From an uncultured Gemmatimonadaceae bacterium (GTDB lineage Bacteria > Gemmatimonadota > Gemmatimonadetes > Gemmatimonadales > Gemmatimonadaceae): a stretch of 64,000 bases of DNA. The position numbers and the translations under genes are program-made. Location of the stretch: positions 1 to 64,000 of the forward strand of contig CAVVTZ010000014.1 of NCBI GenBank assembly GCA_963751275.1, in the 5' to 3' direction. Below the pieces are notes generated by a model. It made no database searches and was not told the DNA's origin. It was given only the letters and a program-made list of their open reading frames with translations. Each line of letters begins with the position of its first letter. Positions within the stretch are counted from its first letter, which is position 1. Positions 34,523 to 44,602 of the stretch are shown here, piece by piece.

Positions 34523-35657
34523 TCAGTTGTTTGGCGACGGCTTGAGGTTCGCCCGTTCCCACGCCCGCACGTTCACGCGCGCGGCATTGAAGAGGCGCGC
34601 GAAATTCTCGATCCGCACCTTGCGGCTCGCTTCGGGGGTGAGCTTCGCCCAGAGTGGGCCGTACATGACGAAGACCTTGCTATAGCCGGCCCAATCCTTG
34701 GGGGCCACCTCGTCGGTGCCGAAGAGGAAGCGCTCGGGGAATGCGTTGATGAGCGCCGCCGAGGAATCGATGGACTGCGGCGTCGCCACGACGTACTTGG
34801 CGACCTCGTCCCAGGAGATGTCGAAGTACAGGTTCTTCAGCGACGGATCCTCGAGCAGGGCGCGGATGATCTCGCGCTGATAGGGCGTCCGCTCCGCGGC
34901 CGACGCGGAAGGGTTCGGCTGCGTGGGACGGACGACGCGGCCGAGGCCCATGTGCGCCCAGATGATCGTGGTGTTCGGGTGGCGTCGGAACAGCGCCTTG
35001 ATCTGCGTGAGATACACCGGCTCGACGCCGGGCTTCGCGAAGGGCATGTCGAGATCGTTGTGCAGGATCACGACCATGCCCGCTTCGCCGGCGAAGGCGA
35101 GAATGCTGTCGAGCGCGGGGTTGGTGAGGCTCGCCACTTCGCCGGCGACCTTGGACGAGACGAATTCCTTGTGGATCGAGAACTCGCCGAGCCCTTCGAA
35201 CACGCCCGGGAACGTGCGCAGCACCCGCTTGATGTGCGCCACCGCGTACATGTCCGCCGGATTGAACCCCGTGATCATCGGATCGAAGCGCGCCTGCTCG
35301 GCCTTGGTCAGCGACCGGTAGGTCATCGCGATGTAGGCGTCGGTGAACGAGTAGTAGTAGAGCGGCGCGTCGGTCTGCAGGTAGTAGGTCGGGAGCGTAC
35401 GAACCCGAATTGGCGTACGACCACTCCTGCTGCAGCGGGATGCCGAAGAGCGCCACGCGGCCCGTGCGCGTCCCCATGATCTTCAGGAAGTCACGGATGT
35501 CCGTGCCTTCCTGGATGTAGTTGGTGAGATGGAAGTGACTGTCGTTGAACTCGACGCTGTCTTGCGGCGGCGCCGCCGGCTTGGACTGCGCCGGTGCGGA
35601 AACGGCGCCGATCATGCCGATCGCGAATAACGCCAGGACTTCGATGCGTGCACGCAT
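34523..35657 (-). CDS. Exported amidohydrolase-family (TIM-barrel) protein; apparent frameshift near 35392
   Basis: Signal peptide; DSHFH, GEFSIHKE, ILHND, IWAHMG, FDISWD, FLFGTD. Confidence 0.8.
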
Positions 35658-35959
35658 ACGGGACTCGCTCCTTCCTCTTGGCCACCGGCATCCGGGCTCA
35701 ATCAGAGCGCCGGGACACAGAGCGTTTCACGCGCGTGCGCGCCGATCGCCGAGTGTCAGGAGCGTAAGATATCCGCCGTATAATACACGATGACAGGAAA
35801 TTCCCTACACTCGGTCGGGCGTTCCAGTCTCTCGCCGGACTGCCTTCCGGCCTGTATTACGGGTGTCCAACAGCAGAGCCGATCGACCGGGCCTGCACGC
35901 TCCGTACCCGCCGCGATCGAGCGCTCCTCTCCCACCACTCTTCACCCGGACCCAATACC

Positions 35960-36512
35960 ATGCCTGCCTCCGCCCCCGCCAAGTACTGGTTCCTCCCGCT
36001 CCTCGCCGGCGTCCTCTACGTCTGCCTCGGCGTCTGGGTGATCCGCACACCGGTCGCGAGCTATCTCGCGCTGACCTTCCTCTTCTCCCTCGGCTTCCTC
36101 GTGAGCGGCGTGGTCGAGATCTTCGGCGCGTTCTCGGATCGCGACACGCGGCCGAAGTGGGGCTGGGCGCTCGCCGGCGGTCTGTTCGACCTGCTCATCG
36201 GCGTGATGCTCTTCAGCAATCCGGATGTCACGGTGGCGGTGCTCCCGTTCGTGGTCGGATTCGGAGCTGCTCTTCCGCTCGTGCTTCACCGTGGCCGGCG
36301 CCTTCGCGCTGAAGTCGGCCGGCGGGCAGAGCTGGGGAATGATGATGGTGCTCGGATTGCTCGGCGTCGTCGCCGGATTCGTGCTCCTGCGGAATCCGCT
36401 GCTCGCGGGCTTCACGATCGTGATCTGGACCGGCATGGCGTTCATCTTCGTGGGCATCGCGCGCGTCATGGCGGCGCTCGCGCTGCGCAAGGGCGAAGAG
36501 GCACTCGCGTAG
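35960..36512 (+). CDS. HdeD/DUF308 acid-resistance membrane protein; apparent frameshift near 36270
   Basis: YWFLPLLAGVLYVCLG, FLVSGVVEI, WGWALAGGLFDLLIG; second half WGMMMVLGLLGVVAGF in ORF 36225-36512. Confidence 0.8.
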
Positions 36513-36520
36513 GAGTAGTG

Positions 36521-36558
36521 AAGCGCCCCGCCCGAGGGAGTACCTCGGGCGGGGCTTG
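36521..36558. terminator. GC-rich hairpin after hdeD, weak U-tract
   Basis: GCCCCGCCCGAGG-GAGTA-CCTCGGGCGGGGC. Confidence 0.45.
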
Positions 36559-36592
36559 TGTCTGTCGGAGAGCGAGACAGCGAGGCACGACG

Positions 36593-38035
36593 GTGACCCA
36601 GGAACGGAAGAGGAGGACCGGAACGATGATCGCGGTCATTATCACGTTCCACGTGCTTGGAGCGCTCTCCTCCATCCACGCGATCATGCATACCCGCACC
36701 GAGCAGGGGGCCATTGCATGGGCGGTGTCGCTGAACGCCTTTCCGTACCTTGCCGTGCCGGCCTATTGGGTGCTGGGACGCAGCCGCTTCGAGGGGTATG
36801 TCAGCGCGCGCCGGGACAACATGGGAGAAGTCGTCGGGCTGACGAAGGAGGCGGTGGCGGCGGCCGCACCGTACCGGGTGCCGGATGCGCAGGTGGAGCC
36901 CGCCGTCCAAGCCGCCCAACGCCTGGCCGGGATCCCATTCCTCCGCGGGAATAGCGTGCAGCTGCTCGTGAACGGCGACGCGGTGTTCAAGAGCATCTTC
37001 GAATCCATCGACGCCGGACGGGAGTACGTCCTGGTCGAGTACTATATCGTTCACGATGACGGCATCGGCCGCGAGCTGAAGGCCCACCTGATCGCCAGGG
37101 CCAAAGCCGGAGTGCGCGTGAGTTTCCTCTACGACGAGATCGGCAGTCACGATCTGCCGCGCGCCTACCTTGATGAGCTCCGCGCCGCAGGGATCGAGGT
37201 GCACGAGTTCCATACGCGGAAGGGTCCGCGCAACCGATTCCAGCTCGATTTCCGCAACCATCGCAAGATCGTGGTGGTCGACGGGAAGGTGGCCTTCGTC
37301 GGCGGACTGAACGTCGGCGACGAATACCTGTCGCGGAACCCCAAGATCGGCCTCTGGCGGGACACGCACGTCCGGATCGAGGGACCGGCCGCGCTCGGCG
37401 CGCAACTCGCGTTCGCGGAGGACTGGCACTGGGCGACCGGAGGCCGGCTCGATCTCAGCTGGACCCCGGTCCCGTCGGCGGCCGGGAACGCGAGCGTGCT
37501 GATCATGCCCTTCAGTCCGGCGGACACGCTCGAGACCGCGAACCTGATGTTCATCCATGCGATCAACTCGGCGCGAGAGCGGATCTGGATCGCGAGTCCC
37601 TACTTCGTTCCCGACAAACCGGTGACCGACGCGCTGCAACTCGCCGGGCTTCGCGGCGTCGATGTCCGGATCCTCATTCCCGACAAGCCGGATAACGCCG
37701 CCGTGGGTCTGGCCGCTTACTCATACCTCGACGACGCGAGCCGCACCGGCGGGAAGTTCTACCGGTACCTTCCGGGATTCCTGCACGAGAAGGTCATGCT
37801 CATCGACCACTCCACGGCCACGGTGGGCACCGCCAACTTCGACAACCGTTCCTTCCGGCTGAACTTCGAGATCACCGCGGTGATCTCGGATCCGGCGTTC
37901 GCGAAAGAGGTCGAGCGGATGTTCGAAGCGGATTTCGCCCAGTCACGGATCATGGAGCCCGACGAGTACGACCGGAAGCCGTGGTGGTTCCGATTCAAGG
38001 TGCGGCTCGCGCGCTTGACCGGGCCGATCCAGTAG
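36593..38035 (+). CDS. cls: Cardiolipin synthase
   Basis: Two N-terminal TM helices; two HKD motifs (NHRKIVVVDG, LHEKVMLID); GTANFDNRSFRLNFE. Confidence 0.93.
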   Translation: MTQERKRRTGTMIAVIITFHVLGALSSIHAIMHTRTEQGAIAWAVSLNAFPYLAVPAYWVLGRSRFEGYVSARRDNMGEVVGLTKEAVAAAAPYRVPDAQVEPAVQAAQRLAGIPFLRGNSVQLLVNGDAVFKSIFESIDAGREYVLVEYYIVHDDGIGRELKAHLIARAKAGVRVSFLYDEIGSHDLPRAYLDELRAAGIEVHEFHTRKGPRNRFQLDFRNHRKIVVVDGKVAFVGGLNVGDEYLSRNPKIGLWRDTHVRIEGPAALGAQLAFAEDWHWATGGRLDLSWTPVPSAAGNASVLIMPFSPADTLETANLMFIHAINSARERIWIASPYFVPDKPVTDALQLAGLRGVDVRILIPDKPDNAAVGLAAYSYLDDASRTGGKFYRYLPGFLHEKVMLIDHSTATVGTANFDNRSFRLNFEITAVISDPAFAKEVERMFEADFAQSRIMEPDEYDRKPWWFRFKVRLARLTGPIQ

Positions 38036-38116
38036 TGGGGGCGCCGTGAAGGTCACTTGCGTCGCGCTCGAGCACGCCGGCGGCCTGCGGCCGGAAGCCG
38101 AGGCCGCGGCGATGAA

Positions 38117-38290
38117 TCAGCCGCCAACGCGCGTATGGCTGCCCCAGTGAGGGGCGTTACCGGGGCGCACGGTCTTGCGGCGGTCGCGGCCACGATAGGT
38201 GGCGAGGAGCCCAGCCGTCACCTCGGCCATGATCGCACCGAACGCAACGAGGCAGAGGAGCAAACTGAGAGTGTTGAGGAATGTTGGCAT
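38117..38290 (-). CDS. Possible 57-aa single-TM small protein
   Basis: MPTFLNTLSLLLCLVAFGAIMAEVTAGLLATYRGRDRRK...; too short for the ORF track; no clear RBS. Confidence 0.35.
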   Translation of the reverse strand: MPTFLNTLSLLLCLVAFGAIMAEVTAGLLATYRGRDRRKTVRPGNAPHWGSHTRVGG

Positions 38291-38460
38291 GGGTCAGTCT
38301 ATTGCGTCCGAGTGGTTTCCTGCAGAGAGTCTCACCATCGCGAGCGCGCTCTCCCTGGTCCAATTTCTGGGCGCACCGGTCCCGCACAGTCGGGCGAAGG
38401 CCACGGCTCCCGTGCGGCTTAATCCGACACTCACGCATGAACGGAATGGGAGGATCCTGG

Positions 38461-39531
38461 ATGCGCATACGGACTGAATCCGGACGAGTCGTGCCGGCAG
38501 GCTCACTGAGACGGAATGCCGCCTCGCTCCTGCGCGTACTGGCCACGCTCACGCTCGGCCTGTTCGCCGCGCCCGGCGCCGCCGCCCAGGAGTTCAGCGG
38601 CTTCGCGGGTCCGTGGTGGGATATCTCCGTGTCGCAGCCCGCGAGCTACCAGTGGCGGCTCGACTACCAGCAAGGACTTTCCGAACACTGGTACTTCGAG
38701 ACGGGCTGGGTGAACGACGGCCACTTCACCGGTCACCTCCGCGATGGCCTCGCGCTCCAGCTCGGCATCCGGACGAAGCTCTGGACGCCGCGACTGGTCG
38801 TCGGGCTGGCGGCCGGCGTGGACCGCTTCTACGACACCACGAACGACTCGTCGAACGCCGGCAATTTCTCGGACGTGCAGGGTTTCATGTTCATCGGCAC
38901 GGGTCAGATCTCATACTACTTCGCCAACCGCTGGATCGCTCGCGCGCAAGTGAACCTCGAACTCGCGCCATCCACGAGCTATAACGGCGCCGGCGCCCTG
39001 ATCGGCGTCGGCTACCAGCTGCAGGCGCCCGCCTCACCAGGCGCGCGCGACAAGCCCGAAGCGCAGAGCAGCTTCAGCACCGGCAATGAGTTCACGGCGT
39101 TCATCGGCCAGACCGTTCCCAACGGCGGCAAGTCGGACCCGAAGGGCGTGGCCGGAATGGCCGAGTACCGCCACGGCATCTGGAAGTACTTCGACTTCAC
39201 CCTGAGCTACATCTACCAGGGCGACAACGCCGTGCTCCTGCGCAACGGGTTCGCGGCGCAACTCTGGCCCGCGCGCAAGTTCGGACCCGTCGAGTTCGCG
39301 CTCGGCTTCGGGGTCTTCTTCGCCGCCGACCAGAAGTACGCGCCGCCCCCCGGCGATCCGGAGAACGGGAAGTGGGCTCTCCTGGTGTCGCCCACGATCG
39401 CGTACCGGTTCGGCGACCACTGGCTCACGCGGTTCATGTGGAACCGCACCGTGACGACCTACAACACGAACACCGATTTCTTCGGCATCGGAGTCGGCTA
39501 TCGCTGGGGGCCGGCGAGCAAGCAGCGATAG
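38461..39531 (+). CDS. Exported beta-barrel protein with an internal tandem duplication; start approximate
   Basis: Signal LATLTLGLFAAPGAAA-Q; two similar halves ending IGVGYQL and IGVGYRW. Confidence 0.65.
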   Translation: MRIRTESGRVVPAGSLRRNAASLLRVLATLTLGLFAAPGAAAQEFSGFAGPWWDISVSQPASYQWRLDYQQGLSEHWYFETGWVNDGHFTGHLRDGLALQLGIRTKLWTPRLVVGLAAGVDRFYDTTNDSSNAGNFSDVQGFMFIGTGQISYYFANRWIARAQVNLELAPSTSYNGAGALIGVGYQLQAPASPGARDKPEAQSSFSTGNEFTAFIGQTVPNGGKSDPKGVAGMAEYRHGIWKYFDFTLSYIYQGDNAVLLRNGFAAQLWPARKFGPVEFALGFGVFFAADQKYAPPPGDPENGKWALLVSPTIAYRFGDHWLTRFMWNRTVTTYNTNTDFFGIGVGYRWGPASKQR

Positions 39532-39536
39532 AACGA

Positions 39537-39635
39537 CAGTCGTTGGTCGTACGCGTTTAGAACGACAAACGGCCCCGCGAGATCGACATCTCTCGCAGGG
39601 CCGTTGCCGTTCCAAACGCGTACGACCAACGACTG
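39537..39635. repeat. Palindrome P3 (module AGTCGTTGGTCGTACGCGTTT) between convergent genes
   Basis: CAGTCGTTGGTCGTACGCGTTTAGAACG...CGTTCCAAACGCGTACGACCAACGACTG. Confidence 0.9.
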
Positions 39636-39650
39636 CCTATCGCCTCTCTT

Positions 39651-40121
39651 CTACCACCGGTAGTGGGCGAATGCCTTGTTGGCCTCGGCCATGCGATGCG
39701 TGTCTTCCTTCTTCTTCACGGCGTTGCCCTCGCCCTTGCTCGCGGCGATCACTTCTGCGGCCAGCTTCTCGGCCATGCTCTTCTCGCTGCGCTCGCGCGC
39801 GAAGGACATCAGCCAGCGCATGGCGAGCGCCGTGCGGCGCTCGGGACGGACTTCGACGGGCACCTGGTACGTGGCGCCGCCGACGCGGCGGCTCTTCACT
39901 TCGACCACCGGCTTGATGTTCTGCAGGGCGGCCTTGAATACCGTGACGCCGGTCTGGCCGGTGCGGGTCTCCACGAGGTCCATCGCGCCGTAGAAGATCG
40001 ACTCGGCGGTGGACTTGCGGCCCTCGATCATCAAGGTGTTGATGAACTTCGAGACCGTCTGGCTGTCGTAGCGCGCATCCGCGAGGAGCGTGCGCTTGAC
40101 GGACTTCTGGCGGCGGCTCAC
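39651..40121 (-). CDS. rpsG: 30S ribosomal protein S7
   Basis: [28 protein letters not shown]. Confidence 0.98.
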   Translation of the reverse strand: MSRRQKSVKRTLLADARYDSQTVSKFINTLMIEGRKSTAESIFYGAMDLVETRTGQTGVTVFKAALQNIKPVVEVKSRRVGGATYQVPVEVRPERRTALAMRWLMSFARERSEKSMAEKLAAEVIAASKGEGNAVKKKEDTHRMAEANKAFAHYRW

Positions 40122-40507
40122 TTCTTACCTCCCCCGGCCTTCGGCTTCTTGGCGCCGTACTTGGAACGGCTCTGGTTGCGGCCATTGACGCCCGACGCAT
40201 CGAGCGTGCCGCGCACGATATGGTAGCGAACGCCCGGCAGATCCTTCACACGGCCGCCGCGAATGAGCACGATCGAGTGCTCCTGCAGATTGTGGCCTTC
40301 GCCGGGGATGTAGGCGCTGACTTCGAAGCCGTTGGTGAGACGCACGCGCGCGACCTTGCGGAGCGCGGAGTTCGGCTTCTTCGGAGTGGTGGTGTACACG
40401 CGGGTGCAAACGCCGCGCTTCTGCGGATTCCCCTTCAACGCCGGCGCCTTTTCCTTCTTGGCGACGTCGTGCCGGCTCCGCCGGACGAGCTGGTTGATCG
40501 TTGGCAT
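40118..40507 (-). CDS. rpsL: 30S ribosomal protein S12
   Basis: [31 protein letters not shown]. Confidence 0.99.
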   Translation of the reverse strand: MPTINQLVRRSRHDVAKKEKAPALKGNPQKRGVCTRVYTTTPKKPNSALRKVARVRLTNGFEVSAYIPGEGHNLQEHSIVLIRGGRVKDLPGVRYHIVRGTLDASGVNGRNQSRSKYGAKKPKAGGGKK

Positions 40508-40577
40508 TCGGCTCTAAATCGTTCGTGGATCTGATCCTACGTGGATCGCCCGAAGGGCGGCACGGAACAGAACACCA

Positions 40578-40606
40578 AAGCTAGACCACGAGTGGGATGA
40601 AGTCAA
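40578..40606 (-). promoter_or_regulatory. Candidate sigma70 promoter of rpsL-rpsG
   Basis: Minus strand TTGACT, 17 nt spacer, TAGCTT. Confidence 0.6.
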
Positions 40607-40684
40607 CGAGAGACCTAACGGCGGACTGTCGGCTGGCGGCTGTCGCCTGCCACTGCGAGTGCCAAGGGCGTAAGCTTCCCCACT

Positions 40685-41374
40685 ATGAAGAAGACACTCC
40701 TCATTCTGGCAGCGGTGTTCGCTCCCCTGGCGGCGTGCGCGCAGGCGCATGAACCCAAGGAGGCGGAGTTCGCGATCCGGTGGGCGCCGGCGGATGGCGG
40801 GCCGCAGACGCCGAAGGAAGTGCTCAAGCTGCTCGGCACGCCGGATGCGCAGCCCGTCAACTATGAAGTGCGGTACTTCGATGAGCCGGCGGCGCTCGCG
40901 GTGCCGGAGAGCACCGAGGTAATCGTGCGGCTGCGCTCGATGCACGACGGCACCTCGCAAGTGCGCCTCAAGTACCGGCGCACGGTGCCGTGGCCGGCCG
41001 GATGGAAGTGTCCGGGCGCGATGAACTTCTCGAAGTCGGAACAGTTGGACGTCGCCTTCCTGGATGGCGGCAAGCTGGCGCGCATCTATTCATATGAGTG
41101 CACGCTCGATGCCACCGAGCCACCGCCGGCGCTGCACGCTGCGGTCCGGAACTGCGCGTCGTTCATGGTGCGCTACGAAGCGAAACGCGCGCGGCTGGAG
41201 GAGTGGGCGATGCCGGGCGGGGAGGTCGTGCTCGAGGTGTCGCACACCGCGCCGAACACGGCCGCCGAACTCGCGAAGTTCAAGGTCATCGCCGACACGC
41301 TCATCGCGCACCGCGCGAGTCCATCGGCCCTCAGCAAGACGAAGCTCGCGAGCGACTGTCCGGCCGAGCCCTGA
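40685..41374 (+). CDS. Exported hypothetical protein, possibly CYTH-like
   Basis: Signal/lipobox-like LAAC; EFAIRW, EVRYFD, IVRLR, VRLKYR, LEVS, SKT pattern. Confidence 0.55.
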   Translation: MKKTLLILAAVFAPLAACAQAHEPKEAEFAIRWAPADGGPQTPKEVLKLLGTPDAQPVNYEVRYFDEPAALAVPESTEVIVRLRSMHDGTSQVRLKYRRTVPWPAGWKCPGAMNFSKSEQLDVAFLDGGKLARIYSYECTLDATEPPPALHAAVRNCASFMVRYEAKRARLEEWAMPGGEVVLEVSHTAPNTAAELAKFKVIADTLIAHRASPSALSKTKLASDCPAEP

Positions 41375-41387
41375 GCGCGGCGGCGCG

Positions 41388-43071
41388 TCAGAGCGCGCCG
41401 CGCTTCATCTCCTTCACGGCGTGGTCCACCGCGCGCGCCGTGAGCGCCATGTAGGTGAGGCTCGGATTCTGGCAGCCGGAGCTGGCCATGCACGCGCCGT
41501 CGGTGATGAACAGATTCTTCACGTCGTGCGCCTGGTTCCAGCCGTTGAGCACCGATGTCTTCGGGTCGCGCCCCATGCGCGCGGTGCCCATCTCGTGGAT
41601 GCAGAGACCCATCGGCGTCGGCGTGTCCTCGACATGGATGTCCTTGCCGCCGGCGGCCTCGAGCATCTCGGCGCCGCAGAGCGCGCCGTCCTTCACGAGC
41701 TTGATGTCGTTGTCGCCCCAATGCGCCTCGACGCGGAGCACGGGTACGCCCCACGCATCCTTCTTGTCGGGATCGAGCGACACGTGGTTGTCGTGGTTCG
41801 GCAGGCACTCGCCCCAGCCGCCCATCCCGAAGCGCCACGGTCCCCAGCTGCGCAGCGCGGCCTTGTACGCGGCGCCGAATCCCGGCGTGTCGTCGGCGTC
41901 TCGGATGGCCGCGGCTCCCGCCGCCCTGCATGCCGTAGCCGCGCAGGAAATCGGGATGCTGCGACTTCACGTTGCGGAAGCGCGGGATGTAGGTGCCGTT
42001 CGGGCGCCGCCCGAACGTGTGCTTGTCCGTCCAGCCATCGAAGGTCGCGCTCGACCAGCTGCCCATCGTGTGGTCCATGAGGTTGTGGCCCACTTCGCCG
42101 CTGGAGTTCGCGAGTCCGTTCGGGAAATCGGGCGACGTGGAGAGCAGCAGCAGCCGCGCGCTCTCCATGGTGGAGGCGCACAGGAAGACGATGCGCGCGC
42201 GGAATTCCATCGTCTGCTTCGTCACCGCGTCGATCACTGCGACGCCGCGTGCCTTGCCCGTCTTCGCGTCCCAGATCACGCGCGTGACCACGCTGTTCGG
42301 CCGCAGCGTCATGAGTCCCGTCTTCCGCGCGGCGGGGAGCGTCGCGTTCACCGAGGAGAAGTACGACCGCGTGATGCAGCCGCGCTCGCAGGGACCGCAG
42401 TAGTGGCATGCCGCGCGCCCATTGTGATTCACCGTCAGCACCGCGGCGCGGCCGATGGTGAGCATGCGCTCGCCATTGTACTTCTGCGCGAGCGTGTCGC
42501 GCATGTGCTCCTCGACGCACGTGAGCGCCATGGGCGGCAGGAATTCGCCGTCGGGCAGCTGCGACAGTCCCTCCGGATTCCCGGTGACGCCAATGAACCG
42601 CTCCACGTGCGAGTACCAGGGCGCGATGTCCTTGTAGCGGATCGGCCAGTCCACGCCGTGACCGTCGCGGAGATTCGCCTCGAAGTCGAGGTCGCTCCAC
42701 CGGTACACCTGCCGCCCCCACATGATGGAGCGCCCGCCCACCTGCCGGCCGCGGATCCACTTGAAGTCGGTGCCGGCGGCCTGGACGTACGGGTTCTCGA
42801 TGTCGCTCACGAAGAAGCGCGAGCCCATCTCGTCGCAGGCGTAGCACTCCTTCTGGATGGGCTGGTCGCGGTCGAGCGACTTGCGGTCGCCCATGTCGCG
42901 GAAGTGCATCTGCCAGGGCGCGACGTGCTCCACGTAGTCGCGCTCGGGAACGATGTCGCGCCCGGCCTCGAGCACGAGGGTGCGCAGACCGTGCTCGGTC
43001 AGCTCCTTCGCCGCCCAGCCGCCGGCCATGCCCGAGCCGACGACGATCGCATCGTACGCTTTCGGCGCCAT
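41388..43071 (-). CDS. GMC family flavoprotein oxidoreductase; apparent frameshift near 41900
   Basis: YDAIVVGSGMAGG, VGGRSIMWGRQ, CHYCGPCERGC, GHNLMDH, IHEMGTARMG, NPSLTYMALTAR. Confidence 0.93.
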
Positions 43072-43073
43072 GC

Positions 43074-43694
43074 TCAGCGCGGCTCCAGCGGCGTGCACGC
43101 TTTCCAGATGCCCGGGATCAGCACTTCCTGGCGCTCCACCGTGTAGCCGATCTCGCTGGTGTAATAACCGGTGACGGTGAGCGAGCGCATCTGGTGCCAG
43201 AACATCTTCGTGTGGTCGGGCGGACGCGGGCCGCTGCCCTGCTTCCACGCCTTGCGCGCGGCGCGCGCGGTGGTGAGCTCCGTGTCGAGCGCGCCGAGCA
43301 ATGCCGCGCGCTGGTCCGGCGAAGCGTCCACGAAGGCGCGCTGGTTCTGCTGCATCGACGCCGCGTCGAGCGCGGCGAGTCCGGCCAGAAAATCGGCGCG
43401 CTCCGCGTCGCTGCACCACTCCGAGAGGATCACGTCCACGAACTCGTCCACGTGCACGGCCTTCGCGCCCGGCGTGTCGGTGGCGGGGATGATCATCTCC
43501 GATACTTCCGCCACGGTGGCGCGTTGGTGTTCGTCGAGCGCCATGAAGCGGTGCGCACCGTCAGCCGGCGCCGTGGTTCCATCGTGGCCGAGATGCGCGC
43601 GCAGGCCATCGATGAACGCAATGGGCTCCCAGCGCAGGAAGCCGGGCGCCAGCGTCGCGGCGGCAAGCAATTTCAGCGCTTCGCGTCGTTCCAT
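43074..43694 (-). CDS. Gluconate 2-dehydrogenase subunit 3 family protein (Tat)
   Basis: MERREAL; IIPATDTPGA, LTVTGYYTSEIG. Confidence 0.88.
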   Translation of the reverse strand: MERREALKLLAAATLAPGFLRWEPIAFIDGLRAHLGHDGTTAPADGAHRFMALDEHQRATVAEVSEMIIPATDTPGAKAVHVDEFVDVILSEWCSDAERADFLAGLAALDAASMQQNQRAFVDASPDQRAALLGALDTELTTARAARKAWKQGSGPRPPDHTKMFWHQMRSLTVTGYYTSEIGYTVERQEVLIPGIWKACTPLEPR

Positions 43695-43710
43695 CGTTCA
43701 GCGCGCCCGG

Positions 43711-44595
43711 CTAGACATCGCACAGCACCAAGGCCTCGCGCAGCGAGGTCAGCGGGTCGCGCGTGGGGTTGAACTCGTGCGCGACGAATCCGGTGTAGCC
43801 CGTGTCGGCGATCGCGCGCATGATCCCGCGCCAGTCGAGTTCCTGCGTGTCGTCCAGCTCGTGCCGGCCCGGCACGCCGCCGGTATGATAGTGGCCGATG
43901 TACTGCGCGTTCGCGCGGATCGTGGAGATGATGTCGCCTTCCATGATCTGCATGTGGTAGATGTCGTACAGCAGCTTCACGCGCGGCGACGCCACGGCGG
44001 AAACGACTGCCACGCCGAACGCCGTGTGATCGCCCTGGTAGCCCTTGTGGTCCACCTTGGAATTCAGCAGCTCCACGCAGATCGTGACGCCCGCCTGTTC
44101 GGCGAGCGGCGCGACCTGCTTCAGCCCATCCGTCGCCGCGGTGATCGCCTCGGCGTCGCTCCGGCCGTCGCGGTTGCCGAACATCGCGATGAGGTTCGGC
44201 ACGCCTTTGGCCTTCGCCACCGGCAGCGCCTGCTCGTACTCCTTGAGCAGCATCGGATGGCTCGCGCGGTTCGTGAACCCATTGCGCAGGAAATCCGCGC
44301 GGTCGGAGGCGTAACCCATGGAGCAGACGAGGCCGGCACCGTTGACGATGTCCCACTCGTTCTGCTGCAGGAGATCGATGCCGGCGAGCCCCATCGCCTT
44401 CGCCGCGGCGCAGAACTGCGGGAGCGGGATCTGCTCGTAGCACCAGCGCGCCACGGACTGCTTGATGCGGCCGCCGCTCTTCACTGCCGCCGCGCGCTGC
44501 GCGGCGGACTCGGCGGCAGCCGCGGGATCCACCAGCGCCAGCGCGCCGAGCGCGGCGGTGGCGGAGATCATCTCGCGGCGGGTGAGATCGGCCAT
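43711..44595 (-). CDS. Hydroxypyruvate isomerase / xylose-isomerase-like TIM barrel (Tat)
   Basis: LTRREMI; KQSVARWC, ELLNSKVDH, LLYDIYHMQIMEGD, HYHTGGVPGRHE. Confidence 0.88.
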   Translation of the reverse strand: MADLTRREMISATAALGALALVDPAAAAESAAQRAAAVKSGGRIKQSVARWCYEQIPLPQFCAAAKAMGLAGIDLLQQNEWDIVNGAGLVCSMGYASDRADFLRNGFTNRASHPMLLKEYEQALPVAKAKGVPNLIAMFGNRDGRSDAEAITAATDGLKQVAPLAEQAGVTICVELLNSKVDHKGYQGDHTAFGVAVVSAVASPRVKLLYDIYHMQIMEGDIISTIRANAQYIGHYHTGGVPGRHELDDTQELDWRGIMRAIADTGYTGFVAHEFNPTRDPLTSLREALVLCDV

Positions 44596-44602
44596 CGGGC
44601 GC

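Noticed and set aside
35960..38035. 691-aa HdeD-cardiolipin synthase fusion in the ORF track
   Set aside because: A frameshift near 36270 runs hdeD into the cls frame; hdeD has its own C-terminus and stop (36512) followed by a hairpin
27481..39650. Prophage, ICE or defence island
   Set aside because: No integrase, phage, conjugation, nuclease or toxin genes and no att repeats were found
40118..40507. Streptomycin-resistance allele of rpsL
   Set aside because: The TPKKPNS and RVKDLPG lysines are wild type
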